Of a stretch of DNA of 32,000 nt, positions 1 through 9,483 are shown in pieces. This DNA comes from Desulfocapsa sulfexigens DSM 10523. GTDB taxonomy: Bacteria; Desulfobacterota; Desulfobulbia; Desulfobulbales; Desulfocapsaceae. Each line of letters begins with the position of its first letter. Position 1 is the first letter of the stretch. The notes under the pieces were generated by a model. That model saw only the letters and a list, made by a program, of their open reading frames with translations. It was not told the DNA's origin and did no database searches. Location of the stretch: positions 1,830,001 to 1,862,000 of the forward strand of contig NC_020304.1 in assembly GCF_000341395.1 (NCBI RefSeq). The letters are read 5' to 3'. Both the position numbers and the translations under genes were made by a program.

Positions 1-1
1 T

Positions 2-1252
2 GATGCCGCGGTTATTCAGGTAAAAAGAGAACTTGCAAAGTTACAGGAATTTCTGGCAGAAATTGATAACGGCAAAATCAGAAATACTGCAGGAGAAACA
101 TTTACCAGTTTGATTCATGTGGGGATTGGTGGTTCTGATTTGGGCCCGCGATCAATCTATGAGGCCTTGAAGGCATATGGCCGAAAGGATCGAAAGGTGT
201 ATTTTGTCTCCAATGTTGACCCTGATGATTCCGCTGCAGTTCTTGACCGTGTTGATCTCTCAAAAACACTTGTTCTGGTGGTTTCAAAAAGTGGTTCGAC
301 TCTTGAAACCTTGTCGAATGAGAGTCTGGTGCGTAACGCCCTGAAAGAAGCAGGACTCGATCCGGCACGTCATTGCTTGGCGGTCACCGGAGAGTCAAGT
401 CCCATGGATAATCACGAGCGCTATCTTCGGTCTTTTTATATGTTTGATTATATAGGTGGACGATTCAGTTCCACCTCAATGGTTGGCGCGGTAACGCTCG
501 GTTTTGCACTCGGCTATAATCAGGTCTTGGAGTTTCTTAAGGGGGCCTGGTTGATGGATGAGGCAGCAGCAGAGAGAAATATCCGCGGCAATATACCCCT
601 GTTACTGGCCATGCTCGGGGTCTGGAATCACAACTTTCTTGCCATGGATACTGTGGCGATCCTACCATACAGCCAGGGCCTGCATCGTTTTCCTGCACAT
701 CTGCAACAGTGCGACATGGAGTCCAATGGGAAATCTGTTCAGCGTAACGGAGAGCCCGTGCGATACAAAAGCGGTCCCATTGTATGGGGAGAGCCAGGAA
801 CCAATGGCCAGCACGCCTTTTATCAGTTGCTTCATCAGGGGACCGAGAAGGTTGCCGTTGAGTTCATCGGCTTCAGGAAAAGTCAACGAAACAGAGATAT
901 GTGTATCCAGGGAAGTAATTCGCAGCAGAAACTCCTGGCCAATCTTCTGGCCCAGTCTCTTGCTCTGGCAGTCGGAAGGGAAGATGAAAATCCCAATAAA
1001 AACTTTGCGGGAAATCGTTCAAACGTGATACTCATGGGGGAGAGGCTGACTCCAAAAAGTATGGGAGCACTCCTTGCCCTCTATGAGGCGAAGATTGTTT
1101 TTCAAGGGTTCTGCTGGAACGTGAACTCCTTTGACCAGGAGGGGGTTCAACTCGGTAAGGTCCTTGCCGATGAAATACTTGGAGCCATGGCTGAAAAAAG
1201 AAATGGAAAAACCCTTGCAGAGGCCCTTCTGGCAGTGGCAGGAATAAGCTGA
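2..1252 (+). CDS. pgi: Glucose-6-phosphate isomerase, 5'-truncated by window edge
   Basis: The frame is open from base 2 and reads DAAVIQVKRELAKLQEFL... into the ORF-track protein. Contains the IHVGIGGSDLGPR and VVSKSGSTLET phosphosugar isomerase motifs and the C-terminal NSFDQEGVQLGK signature. Confidence 0.96.
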   Translation, partial: DAAVIQVKRELAKLQEFLAEIDNGKIRNTAGETFTSLIHVGIGGSDLGPRSIYEALKAYGRKDRKVYFVSNVDPDDSAAVLDRVDLSKTLVLVVSKSGSTLETLSNESLVRNALKEAGLDPARHCLAVTGESSPMDNHERYLRSFYMFDYIGGRFSSTSMVGAVTLGFALGYNQVLEFLKGAWLMDEAAAERNIRGNIPLLLAMLGVWNHNFLAMDTVAILPYSQGLHRFPAHLQQCDMESNGKSVQRNGEPVRYKSGPIVWGEPGTNGQHAFYQLLHQGTEKVAVEFIGFRKSQRNRDMCIQGSNSQQKLLANLLAQSLALAVGREDENPNKNFAGNRSNVILMGERLTPKSMGALLALYEAKIVFQGFCWNVNSFDQEGVQLGKVLADEILGAMAEKRNGKTLAEALLAVAGIS

Positions 1253-1267
1253 CAGGGTGCTATTAGT

Positions 1268-1291
1268 AAAAACTGAATATTCATTCAGTTT
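1268..1291 (+). terminator. Hairpin after pgi
   Basis: Perfect 10-bp inverted repeat AAAACTGAAT-attc-ATTCAGTTTT located 16 bp after the pgi stop; A/T-flanked arms are consistent with an intrinsic terminator. Confidence 0.65.
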
Positions 1292-1534
1292 TCCATCGCG
1301 GCAGTTCCGTTTTTTGTTGACAAAGGAGACGTTCAGAGATATTCTCCCACGCTGAATGACTATTCAATAGTGTATGTTTCATAGTCTGCTGTTTCTATCA
1401 TTAGCGTTGGAAAAAAAAAAGGTAGCAGAGGGAAGTGGTTTTGTTCTCAGGCTGTCAGTTTTTGAAGCAACGCTTTTGATGTGTATATTCTGGTAAAGGT
1501 TGAAGTATAACAGTAATTTTAAGGAGGAAAATTC

Positions 1535-2815
1535 ATGGCAAAGCATGATACACCCCTGTTGGACGAGCTTGAAAAAGGCCCGTGGCCGAGCTTCGTTACC
1601 GACATTAAGCGCCAGGCAGAGAAGAACCCAGATTGTTGGGATATTCTCGGTCAGGTTGAACTGTCTTATAAGGATAAAATCACCCATTGGAAACACGGCG
1701 GAATCGTTGGTGTATTCGGATATGGTGGTGGTATCGTTGGTCGTTATTCTGACGTTCCTGCACAGTTTCCAGGTGTTGAGCACTTTCATACCGTTCGTGT
1801 GAATCAGCCAGCATCCAAGTACTACTCCACTGAGAACCTTCGTGCTCTTATGGCGCTCTGGGACAAGCATGGATCCGGTATGACCAATATGCACGGTTCC
1901 ACTGGTGATATCATCCTTCTTGGTTGTCGTACTGAAGCTCTTGAACCCTTCTTCTATGACCTGACCCACGAAATGGGACAGGATCTTGGTGGATCCGGAT
2001 CTAACCTTCGTACTCCTGCCAACTGTCTTGGACAGTCTCGCTGTGAATGGGCTTGCTACGATACAGAGGAAGCGTGTCATCATCTGACAATGCATTATCA
2101 GGATGAGATTCATCGTCCTGCCTTCCCTTATAAGTTCAAATTCAAATTCTCCGGCTGTGCCAACGATTGTGTTGCTGCTCTTGCCCGTTCTGATTTTGCT
2201 GTTATAGGAACCTGGAGAGACAATATCCGCATCGATCAGGCTGCAGTAAAAGAGTATATTGCCGGTAATATCGCTTCCAATGGTGGTGCTCATTCTGGTA
2301 AAGACTGGGGTGCGTTTGATATCCAGAAAGAAGTTATTAATCTCTGTCCCACCGAATGTATGTGGATGGAAGGCGATGAATTGAAAATCGATGATTCAGA
2401 GTGTACCCGTTGTATGCATTGTATCAACGTAATGCCTCGTGCACTGCGTCCTGGTGCAGAGCAAGGTGCCTCCATCTGTATGGGTGCCAAGGCTCCTATC
2501 CTTGATGGCGCTCAGTTTGCTACTCTGATTATTCCTTTTATTAAAGTTTCTGCTGACAACGAGTTCGAGAACGTTATCGAGATTATCGAAAATGTCTGGG
2601 ACTGGTGGATGGAAGTTGGTAAAAACCGTGAGCGTGTTGGTGAAACCATGCAGCGCGTTGGACTGCCTACCTTTATTAAGGTAATGGGTCTTGATCCGAT
2701 TCCACAGCATGTTAAAGAGCCCCGTTCTAACCCATATGTTTTCTGGGATGAAGAGGAAGTTGAGGGTGGTTTTGAGCGCGACGTTGATGAGTTCCGTGCA
2801 CGTCACGCGGCGTAA
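1535..2815 (+). CDS. dsrA: Dissimilatory sulfite reductase alpha subunit
   Basis: DsrA motifs (MHGSTGDIILLGC, CLGQSRCEWACYDTEEACH, KFKFSGCANDC, CPTECMWMEG, CTRCMHCINVMP); strong aaggagg ribosome-binding site upstream. Confidence 0.98.
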   Translation: MAKHDTPLLDELEKGPWPSFVTDIKRQAEKNPDCWDILGQVELSYKDKITHWKHGGIVGVFGYGGGIVGRYSDVPAQFPGVEHFHTVRVNQPASKYYSTENLRALMALWDKHGSGMTNMHGSTGDIILLGCRTEALEPFFYDLTHEMGQDLGGSGSNLRTPANCLGQSRCEWACYDTEEACHHLTMHYQDEIHRPAFPYKFKFKFSGCANDCVAALARSDFAVIGTWRDNIRIDQAAVKEYIAGNIASNGGAHSGKDWGAFDIQKEVINLCPTECMWMEGDELKIDDSECTRCMHCINVMPRALRPGAEQGASICMGAKAPILDGAQFATLIIPFIKVSADNEFENVIEIIENVWDWWMEVGKNRERVGETMQRVGLPTFIKVMGLDPIPQHVKEPRSNPYVFWDEEEVEGGFERDVDEFRARHAA

Positions 2816-2871
2816 ATAAAATAAATCGAGCTGTTCTTTGGCTCGGGTACCTATTCTAGGAGGGTATAAAT

Positions 2872-3999
2872 ATGGGTTACGATCCCGCAAATCCCATGGC
2901 GGACAGGATTACAGACATTGGTCCCCCACATTATTCAAAGTTTCATCCCCCAGTTGTTGCTAAAAACAAGGGGAAATGGCTCTGGCATGAGATCACCCAG
3001 CCGGGTGTTCTCGTTCATAAAGCTGAGTCAGGAGATGAGTGTTGGACCGTGCGTGTTGGTGCTGCCCGTCTTATTTCAACAGAACTGATTTATGAGATGT
3101 GTGATATCGCAGATGCACATTGTGACGGTTTCCTTCGCTTCACCACCAGAAATAACGTTGAGTTCATGGTTGATGACAAAGCAAAGGTTCAGCCTCTTCT
3201 TGACGATCTTGCTTCACGTGGTAATAAGTTCCCAGTAGGTGGAACCGGAGCCGGTGTAACCAATATCGTTCATACTCAGGGTTGGGTACATTGTCACACT
3301 CCTGCAACTGACGCTTCCGGTGTTGTTAAAGCGGTAATGGATGAGCTGTTTGATTACTTCACTTCCATGAAACTTCCTGCACAGGTTCGTATTGCGCTTG
3401 CCTGTTGTCTGAACATGTGTGGAGCTGTACATGCTTCCGATATCGCCATTCTTGGTGTACATCGTAAGCCACCCATGATCGATCACAGTCGTATCACCGG
3501 TGTGTGTGAGCTTCCACTTGCTATCTCCGCGTGTCCTCTCGGAGCCGTTAAACCTGCCAAAGCAACGGTAGATGGTAAAGAGATCAAAACTGTTAAGGTT
3601 AACAACGAACGTTGTATGTTCTGTGGTAACTGTTACACCATGTGTCCTGCAATGCCTCTTGCTGATCCTGATGGTGACGGCATTGCAATCCTTGTTGGTG
3701 GAAAAGTTTCCAATGCCAGGTCGGCCCCTAAATTCTCCAAACTGGTTATTCCATTCCTGCCAAACACTCCGCCACGCTGGCCGGAGACCGTTGCTGCAGT
3801 GAAGAATATCCTGGAGACTTATGCGGGAGACGCAAAAAAATACGAGCGTATCGGTGAGTGGGCCGAGCGTATCGGTTGGGAGAAGTTCTTTGAAAAATGC
3901 AACATCCCATTCACTATCAAGTCTGTCGATGATTATCGTCTGGCTTATGATACCTGGCGTACAACTACTCAGTTTAAGTACACCAACGCTATCAAGTAA
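2872..3999 (+). CDS. dsrB: Dissimilatory sulfite reductase beta subunit
   Basis: Immediately follows dsrA; DsrB motifs ([49 protein letters not shown]). Confidence 0.98.
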   Translation: MGYDPANPMADRITDIGPPHYSKFHPPVVAKNKGKWLWHEITQPGVLVHKAESGDECWTVRVGAARLISTELIYEMCDIADAHCDGFLRFTTRNNVEFMVDDKAKVQPLLDDLASRGNKFPVGGTGAGVTNIVHTQGWVHCHTPATDASGVVKAVMDELFDYFTSMKLPAQVRIALACCLNMCGAVHASDIAILGVHRKPPMIDHSRITGVCELPLAISACPLGAVKPAKATVDGKEIKTVKVNNERCMFCGNCYTMCPAMPLADPDGDGIAILVGGKVSNARSAPKFSKLVIPFLPNTPPRWPETVAAVKNILETYAGDAKKYERIGEWAERIGWEKFFEKCNIPFTIKSVDDYRLAYDTWRTTTQFKYTNAIK

Positions 4000-4012
4000 T
4001 TGACCTTATAGC

Positions 4013-4048
4013 TGCAGTCGGAAACTTCTGTCTCCGACTGCACTTTTT
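4013..4048 (+). terminator. Intrinsic terminator/attenuator between dsrB and dsrD
   Basis: TGCAGTCGGA (4013-4022) / TCCGACTGCA (4033-4042), a perfect 10-bp stem followed by cTTTTT. Confidence 0.8.
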
Positions 4049-4086
4049 GGTCGCTTGCCTGAAACACTTTTATAGGAGTATGTGTT

Positions 4087-4332
4087 ATGGGAATGAGTGA
4101 CGAAGAAATCAAAGCAGCTATGATTGAAAAGGCTATTAAAGCCCCTAAACCACAGTTGTATGTTAAAGATTTTTATAAGTGTGATCCTGAAGCAAAACCA
4201 CGTGTAATCAAGAATTTGGCAAATCAGTTGGTTAAAGAGGGAGAACTGATGTTCTGGTCCTCCGGTTCCACCACCATGTATGCCCGTCCTGATCGTATCA
4301 AAAATGAAGAGGGAGATGAGGGTGTAAACTAA
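4087..4332 (+). CDS. dsrD: DsrD family dissimilatory sulfite reductase-associated protein
   Basis: 81-aa protein downstream of dsrAB with typical DsrD sequence (KPQLYVKDFYKCDPEAKPRVIKNLANQLVKEGELMFWSSGSTTMY). Confidence 0.95.
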   Translation: MGMSDEEIKAAMIEKAIKAPKPQLYVKDFYKCDPEAKPRVIKNLANQLVKEGELMFWSSGSTTMYARPDRIKNEEGDEGVN

Positions 4333-4361
4333 ACCTTTGTTTTTCACCGTTTTTTTTGAGG

Positions 4362-4395
4362 AAAGGTACATAACTCTCTTGAGTTATGTACCTTT
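4362..4395 (+). terminator. Strong intrinsic terminator after dsrD
   Basis: Perfect 15-bp stem AAAGGTACATAACTC (4362-4376) - tctt - GAGTTATGTACCTTT (4381-4395) running into a T tract. Confidence 0.9.
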
Positions 4396-4403
4396 TTTTA
4401 TTT

Positions 4404-5150
4404 ATGGATAATCTGCTTCGTGTTTCAAGTACTCTTTCCACAAATGATGATGCTTATCAGCTGGCTCAGGATGGGGCTGAACATGGTTTCGGCGTTCTTG
4501 CTGAAACACAGCTGGGCGGGAAAGGACGATTGGGAAAAACATGGGCCTCTCCAGCGCGGAGTGGTCTGTATTGTTCAATAATCCTTCGACCACAATTAGC
4601 TTTTTCAGAATTCCCTAAACTTACACTGACAGCAGGCCTGGCGCTTTGCTCAGCCGTTGAGGTATTGCTCCCAGATGTTGCTTTTGGGCTGAAATGGCCC
4701 AATGATTTGTTCAGTGGAGGACAAAAATGTGGAGGAATTCTGGTCGAATCTTCTTCAAACGTTACAAATGACGATCCTTTTGTGGTTGTTGGCATAGGGT
4801 TGAATGTCAATACAACGCCAGATATGTTTCCGTATGAAATTAAACAAAAAGCAACCTCTCTGCATATATTATCCGGCCAGGTTTTTAATCTAGCTCATCT
4901 TTATAACTCCATCCACGATGAACTGCTTACTCGCGTCAATATTCACGAGAAACAAGGGTTTGAAATTATTTTGGGAGAATGGCGTCGAAGGGACATCCTT
5001 TTTGGAAAGGAGATGCAATGGGTAACGCGTGAAAAAAAAATCATTACAGCATGTGGTATGGGGCCAAATGAAAATGGAGAACTGCTGGCAAAAGACAGGA
5101 ATGGGAGGATTTATGAAATTCTATCCGGGGACGTCAAATTGGCTGAATAA
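4404..5150 (+). CDS. birA: Biotin--[acetyl-CoA-carboxylase] ligase
   Basis: BirA/LplA-type ligase motifs (STNDDAYQLA, GGKGRLGKTWASPARSGLYCSIILRP, LKWPNDLFSGGQKCGGILVE, GIGLNVN). The track start at 4386 lies inside the dsrD terminator hairpin; the ATG at 4404 is more plausible. Confidence 0.92.
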   Translation: MDNLLRVSSTLSTNDDAYQLAQDGAEHGFGVLAETQLGGKGRLGKTWASPARSGLYCSIILRPQLAFSEFPKLTLTAGLALCSAVEVLLPDVAFGLKWPNDLFSGGQKCGGILVESSSNVTNDDPFVVVGIGLNVNTTPDMFPYEIKQKATSLHILSGQVFNLAHLYNSIHDELLTRVNIHEKQGFEIILGEWRRRDILFGKEMQWVTREKKIITACGMGPNENGELLAKDRNGRIYEILSGDVKLAE

Positions 5151-5252
5151 GGAAAGCAACGTAAGGCAACAAACTGAAAGAAAGGCAACCATGGAAGAAG
5201 TAGTATCCTCCATGGTTGGGTACTTTAGGCGTACTGGCTGTTTACTACGGTA

Positions 5253-6539
5253 TTAGTATCTGTAGTACTCAGGTTTGTATGGACCTTCAACGGGCACACC
5301 GATATAATCAGCCTGTTCTTTGCTCATTGTAGTGAGGTGGACACCAATCTTTTCAAGATGGAGTCTAGCGACTTTCTCATCTAGATATTTTGGCAGAAAA
5401 TACACTTTATTTTCATACTTTTCAGAATGGTTCCATAGCTCGATCTGAGCAAGTACCTGGTTAGTAAAAGAGTTACTCATAACGAAACTTGGGTGACCGG
5501 TGGCACATCCAAGGTTGACCAATCGGCCTTCAGCAAGAACAATAATTTTCTTTCCATCGGGGAAAATCACATGATCAACCTGCGGCTTGATGTTTTCCCA
5601 GGGAAGATCTCTAATACCAGCAATATCAATTTCAGAGTCAAAATGACCGATATTACAAACTATGGCCTCATTTGGCATCCGCTCCATATGAGCACGCGTA
5701 ATCACATTAAGGTTTCCGGTACAGGTAACATATATATCACCAACTGAGGAAATCTCGTCCATCGTGACAACCTGATAGCCCTCCATGGCAGCCTGCAGGG
5801 CACAGATTGGGTCAACTTCAGTAACATATACGGTTGCTCCCATCCCACGAAGGGCCTGGGCGCAGCCCTTACCAACATCTCCGTATCCTACGACAACTGC
5901 TTTTTTACCTGCTATCATCACATCGGTAGCACGTTTGATTCCATCAAGCAGTGATTCGCGGCAACCGTATAAATTGTCAAATTTAGATTTTGTAACGGAA
6001 TCATTGACATTAAAGGATGGACACATAAGTTTCCCGTCCCTTGCCATTTCATTGAGTCGATGAACTCCGGTGGTGGTTTCCTCAGAAATACCTTTCACGT
6101 TTTTCATATCATCTTTGTACTTATCGTGCATGATAAGGGTGAGGTCGCCGCCATCGTCAAGAATCATGTTTGGACGCCAGCCATCGGGGCCGAAAATGGT
6201 TTGATCAATACACCACCAGAACTCTTCTTCACTTTCTCCCTTCCAGGCAAAAGTAGGAATACCTGCGTCAGCCATGGCAGCAGCAGCATGATCTTGAGTT
6301 GAAAAAATATTGCATGAGGACCAGCGAATCTCAGCCCCAAGGTCGATAAGTGTTTCCATCAGTACGGCTGTTTGAATGGTCATATGGAGACATCCAGCAA
6401 TCCTGGCACCTTTTAAAGGCTGGGCGTCGTGGTATTCGGATCGCAAAGCCATTAATCCAGGCATTTCAATTTCAGCTATTTTTATTTCTTCACGTCCCCA
6501 TTTGGCCAGGGACATATCAGCTACTTTATAATCACTCAT
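5253..6539 (-). CDS. ahcY: Adenosylhomocysteinase
   Basis: SAHH motifs ([50 protein letters not shown]-terminal [11 protein letters not shown]). Confidence 0.98.
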   Translation of the reverse strand: MSDYKVADMSLAKWGREEIKIAEIEMPGLMALRSEYHDAQPLKGARIAGCLHMTIQTAVLMETLIDLGAEIRWSSCNIFSTQDHAAAAMADAGIPTFAWKGESEEEFWWCIDQTIFGPDGWRPNMILDDGGDLTLIMHDKYKDDMKNVKGISEETTTGVHRLNEMARDGKLMCPSFNVNDSVTKSKFDNLYGCRESLLDGIKRATDVMIAGKKAVVVGYGDVGKGCAQALRGMGATVYVTEVDPICALQAAMEGYQVVTMDEISSVGDIYVTCTGNLNVITRAHMERMPNEAIVCNIGHFDSEIDIAGIRDLPWENIKPQVDHVIFPDGKKIIVLAEGRLVNLGCATGHPSFVMSNSFTNQVLAQIELWNHSEKYENKVYFLPKYLDEKVARLHLEKIGVHLTTMSKEQADYIGVPVEGPYKPEYYRY

Positions 6540-6586
6540 CAGCTATTGTTTCCTTATTAATTAAGTTTGATAAAAACCAGTGTGAA

Positions 6587-7750
6587 CTAAATGCCAGCAT
6601 CACTTTTCAGGATTTCCGCCTTATCGGTGCGTTCCCATGTGAAAGTGTCAAGTTCACGGCCAAAGTGGCCATAAGCAGCGGTTGCCTGGTATATGGGACG
6701 CAAAAGTTTAAGTTGCTGGACGATTGCTTTAGGTCGGAGGTCGAAGTGACGGCCAATTAAGGCGATTATAGCATCATCATCAATTTTCCCTGTGCCAAAG
6801 CTGTTGACGTTGATTGATACAGGTTGTGAAATACCTATGGCATAGGCAATCTGAACTTCGAGTTCAGAGGCTATCCCGGCGGCGACAATATTTTTAGCTA
6901 CATACCGTCCCATATAGGCAGAAGATCTGTCAACTTTTGAGGGATCTTTTCCTGAAAAAGCACCGCCACCATGGGAGCCTTTACCACCATAAGTATCAAC
7001 AATGATTTTTCTCCCTGTAAGGCCACAATCACCGACGGGGCCACCAATTACAAAACGTCCCGTTGGGTTAATAAAGTATTTGGTGTTTTCATCTACCATG
7101 TCGGGGGGCAGAGTGGGTTTGATAATCAACTCCATTACTCCTTCCTGAAGATCCTTGTGGCTGACGGATTCATCGTGTTGAGTGGAAAGAACAATGGCCT
7201 CTATTCGTTTAGGTTTGCTGTTTTCATATTCAATGGTAACCTGGCTTTTTGCATCGGGACGAAGCCAGGAGAGTTTTCCAGCTTTGCGGATATCTGCCTG
7301 ACATTTAACAAGTCTATGGGCATAGGTAATAGGCATGGGCATGAGAACCCTGGTTTCATCACAGGCGTAACCGAACATCAGTCCCTGATCACCAGCTCCC
7401 TGGTCAAGATCCATGCCACTGCCTTCGTTGACACCCATTGCAATGTCGGTAGACTGTTTGTCAATGGAAGTAAGTACGGCGCATGACTGGCCGTCAAAAC
7501 CCATGTCTGAAGAGTTATACCCGATTGCGCGGATGGTCTGCCTTACAACTTCTGGCATATCTACCCAGGCACTGGTCGTAATTTCACCGGCTATAATGGC
7601 CATGCCAGTTGTGACCATTGTTTCACAGGCAACACGACCAGCGGGGTCTAGCTTAAGTATGGCATCAAGAATTGCATCGGATATCTGATCGGCAACTTTA
7701 TCTGGGTGTCCTTCTGAAACAGATTCAGAGGTAAACATGTGATTGGACAT
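6587..7750 (-). CDS. metK: S-adenosylmethionine synthetase
   Basis: MetK motifs ([61 protein letters not shown]). Confidence 0.98.
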   Translation of the reverse strand: MSNHMFTSESVSEGHPDKVADQISDAILDAILKLDPAGRVACETMVTTGMAIIAGEITTSAWVDMPEVVRQTIRAIGYNSSDMGFDGQSCAVLTSIDKQSTDIAMGVNEGSGMDLDQGAGDQGLMFGYACDETRVLMPMPITYAHRLVKCQADIRKAGKLSWLRPDAKSQVTIEYENSKPKRIEAIVLSTQHDESVSHKDLQEGVMELIIKPTLPPDMVDENTKYFINPTGRFVIGGPVGDCGLTGRKIIVDTYGGKGSHGGGAFSGKDPSKVDRSSAYMGRYVAKNIVAAGIASELEVQIAYAIGISQPVSINVNSFGTGKIDDDAIIALIGRHFDLRPKAIVQQLKLLRPIYQATAAYGHFGRELDTFTWERTDKAEILKSDAGI

Positions 7751-8016
7751 TGAGGTCTCCGCTAAGGTTTACTATTGTAGAGCTGCAAAAAAAATAGATT
7801 TGTAACTATTTAGTATTCAATTTAGATGATGTAAATATTAACCGAACACTATGACGCTGATACCCTATGTTGTCAAGGCATAAGGCGGTGTTTGTTTTTA
7901 ATTTTATGGAAAGTGCGATTGCTGTTTTAGTAACAGTGATTACTTTTGAAAAAGTTTTCTGCTAAAGCAAAGTTTTACAAACAACCCAATTAATTTTTCC
8001 AGGAGAATGGATAACA

Positions 8017-8988
8017 ATGTCTATAGAGGAAGCAAGAGAAGTTCTTGCCATTGAAGAGCAGGGTCTTGCTGCTGTCAGAGAAGGTATTGGAGAGGAATTT
8101 AATCAGGCCGTGGAACGTATTCTTGAATGTCCAAGCAGGGTTGTCATTACCGGGATAGGAAAATCAGGAATTATCGGTCAGAAAATATCTGCCACCCTTA
8201 ACTCCACCGGTACACCTTCATTCTTTCTCCATCCGGTTGAAGCTATGCACGGTGATCTGGGAATGGTTGCCGCATCTGATGTTGTGATCGCTATATCCTA
8301 TTCTGGTGAAACTACAGAGCTTAATGCACTCCTGGTGAGTCTGAAAAAACGAGGTACTTCAATTATTGCAATGACAGGTGGCAGGGAATCTACTCTTGCC
8401 AGGGCAAGTGATATTGTACTTGATATTCAGATTCCAATGGAAGCCTGTCCCCTTGGTCTGGCGCCAACGGCAAGTACGACAGCAACTCTTGCTATGGGAG
8501 ATGCCTTAGCCGTTGTTTTATTGAGACGTAATCGTTTTAAAGCTGAGGATTTTCGTGAGAATCATCCCGGAGGAAGTCTTGGTGAGCGTTTGAAGGTGAG
8601 TGTCAGTAAAGTTATGTTGAAAGGAGAGGCTGTTCCGAGTGTATTGTCGGGGGTAACCGTCGCTGAGTCTGTTATTGTGCTGAATCGTGAAAATCTGGGT
8701 GCTGTTTTAATTATAGATGAAAAACTAAAAGTCCTTGGTATCATAACAGATGGAGATGTAAGGCGTGCTGTTGCCGAGGGGGTTGATCTTAAAAATGTCA
8801 GGGTCGGCAAACTCATGACTGCAAGTCCAATCACCATTAGGGAAAAGATGCAGGCGGTTGATGCTTTGAGTATTATGCAGCAGCATGAGATAACTATCCT
8901 GCCGATTGTTGGAGATCAAGGTGAGATGATCGGCATCCTGCATCTTCATGACTTGCTGGGAAAGGGCGAGTTCAGGTTTTTGGTTTAA
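8017..8988 (+). CDS. kdsD: KpsF/GutQ family arabinose-5-phosphate isomerase (SIS + CBS pair)
   Basis: SIS domain (VITGIGKSGIIGQKISATLNSTGTPSFFLHPVEAMHGDLG, ISYSGETTEL) followed by two CBS repeats. Confidence 0.93.
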   Translation: MSIEEAREVLAIEEQGLAAVREGIGEEFNQAVERILECPSRVVITGIGKSGIIGQKISATLNSTGTPSFFLHPVEAMHGDLGMVAASDVVIAISYSGETTELNALLVSLKKRGTSIIAMTGGRESTLARASDIVLDIQIPMEACPLGLAPTASTTATLAMGDALAVVLLRRNRFKAEDFRENHPGGSLGERLKVSVSKVMLKGEAVPSVLSGVTVAESVIVLNRENLGAVLIIDEKLKVLGIITDGDVRRAVAEGVDLKNVRVGKLMTASPITIREKMQAVDALSIMQQHEITILPIVGDQGEMIGILHLHDLLGKGEFRFLV

Positions 8989-8999
8989 GGAGAAAATAC

Positions 9000-9197
9000 A
9001 TGTGTCAGATGAGCGTATTGGTGAAAGGGCCTGAGAAGGAAGAGCTCGTAATGGAAAGTGTCACAAGATTAGAGGTAAGGGATGGTGGCGTCGAGGTGAG
9101 TACTTTTTTTGAAGAGCCGAGATTTGTATCTGATGTAGAAGTACAGACCATCGATTTTCTGGGTGGAAAAGTGTTACTGAAACAAACTGCAAAATAA
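9000..9197 (+). CDS. CooT-like small protein (putative nickel-binding family)
   Basis: 65-aa MCQMSVLVKGPEKEELVMESVTRLEV...VQTIDFLGGKVLLKQ resembles the CooT family pattern (N-terminal MC, C-terminal ID-L-GGKV-L); 11 bp after kdsD. Confidence 0.65.
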   Translation: MCQMSVLVKGPEKEELVMESVTRLEVRDGGVEVSTFFEEPRFVSDVEVQTIDFLGGKVLLKQTAK

Positions 9198-9210
9198 TAA
9201 GGAGGACTTT

Positions 9211-9453
9211 GTGGATCAGTTAGAAAAAATACGAGTGTTGCTGCCTCACTGGATTGAGCATAATAAGGGGCACGCTGAAGAGTGCCGTAAATGGGCTGCT
9301 CAAGCTGAAGATAAAGATGTGAATTTACATCTGAATGCAGCTCTTACAGCTATGGAAGTTGTGACAAATCATCTGGAGAGAGCACTTGCTGCAGCAGGTG
9401 GAGCGAAAACGGATGATCATCATGACCACCATCATCATCACCACAAGCATTAA
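9211..9453 (+). CDS. Small helical protein with histidine-rich C-terminal tail, possible metal-binding
   Basis: 80 aa ending DDHHDHHHHHHKH; GTG start with upstream aaggagg; adjacent to the CooT-like gene. Confidence 0.75.
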   Translation: MDQLEKIRVLLPHWIEHNKGHAEECRKWAAQAEDKDVNLHLNAALTAMEVVTNHLERALAAAGGAKTDDHHDHHHHHHKH

Positions 9454-9483
9454 TGGCGGTAACCGGGGGGAGGTCTAAGTGTA

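Noticed and set aside
1379-2293. 304-aa minus-strand ORF
   Set aside because: Lies antisense to dsrA with no recognisable motif; shadow ORF of a well-conserved gene.
4386-4403. Track start of birA at 4386
   Set aside because: This ATG is within the 3' arm of the dsrD terminator hairpin and encodes a non-homologous MYLFLF leader; ATG at 4404 is preferred.
5187-5217. 9-bp inverted repeat AACCATGGA/TCCATGGTT between birA and ahcY
   Set aside because: May be a weak hairpin in a convergent region, but the 13-nt spacer and lack of a T tract make a terminator call unsupported.
7751-7990. SAM or SAH riboswitch upstream of the metK-ahcY pair
   Set aside because: No recognisable SAM/SAH riboswitch core or terminator-antiterminator arrangement seen on the minus strand.
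9410-9451. CAT/CAC repeat near the end of the His-tailed gene as a microsatellite or misassembly
   Set aside because: The repeat is in frame, mixes CAT and CAC codons, and ends at a normal stop codon, consistent with a real His-rich tail.
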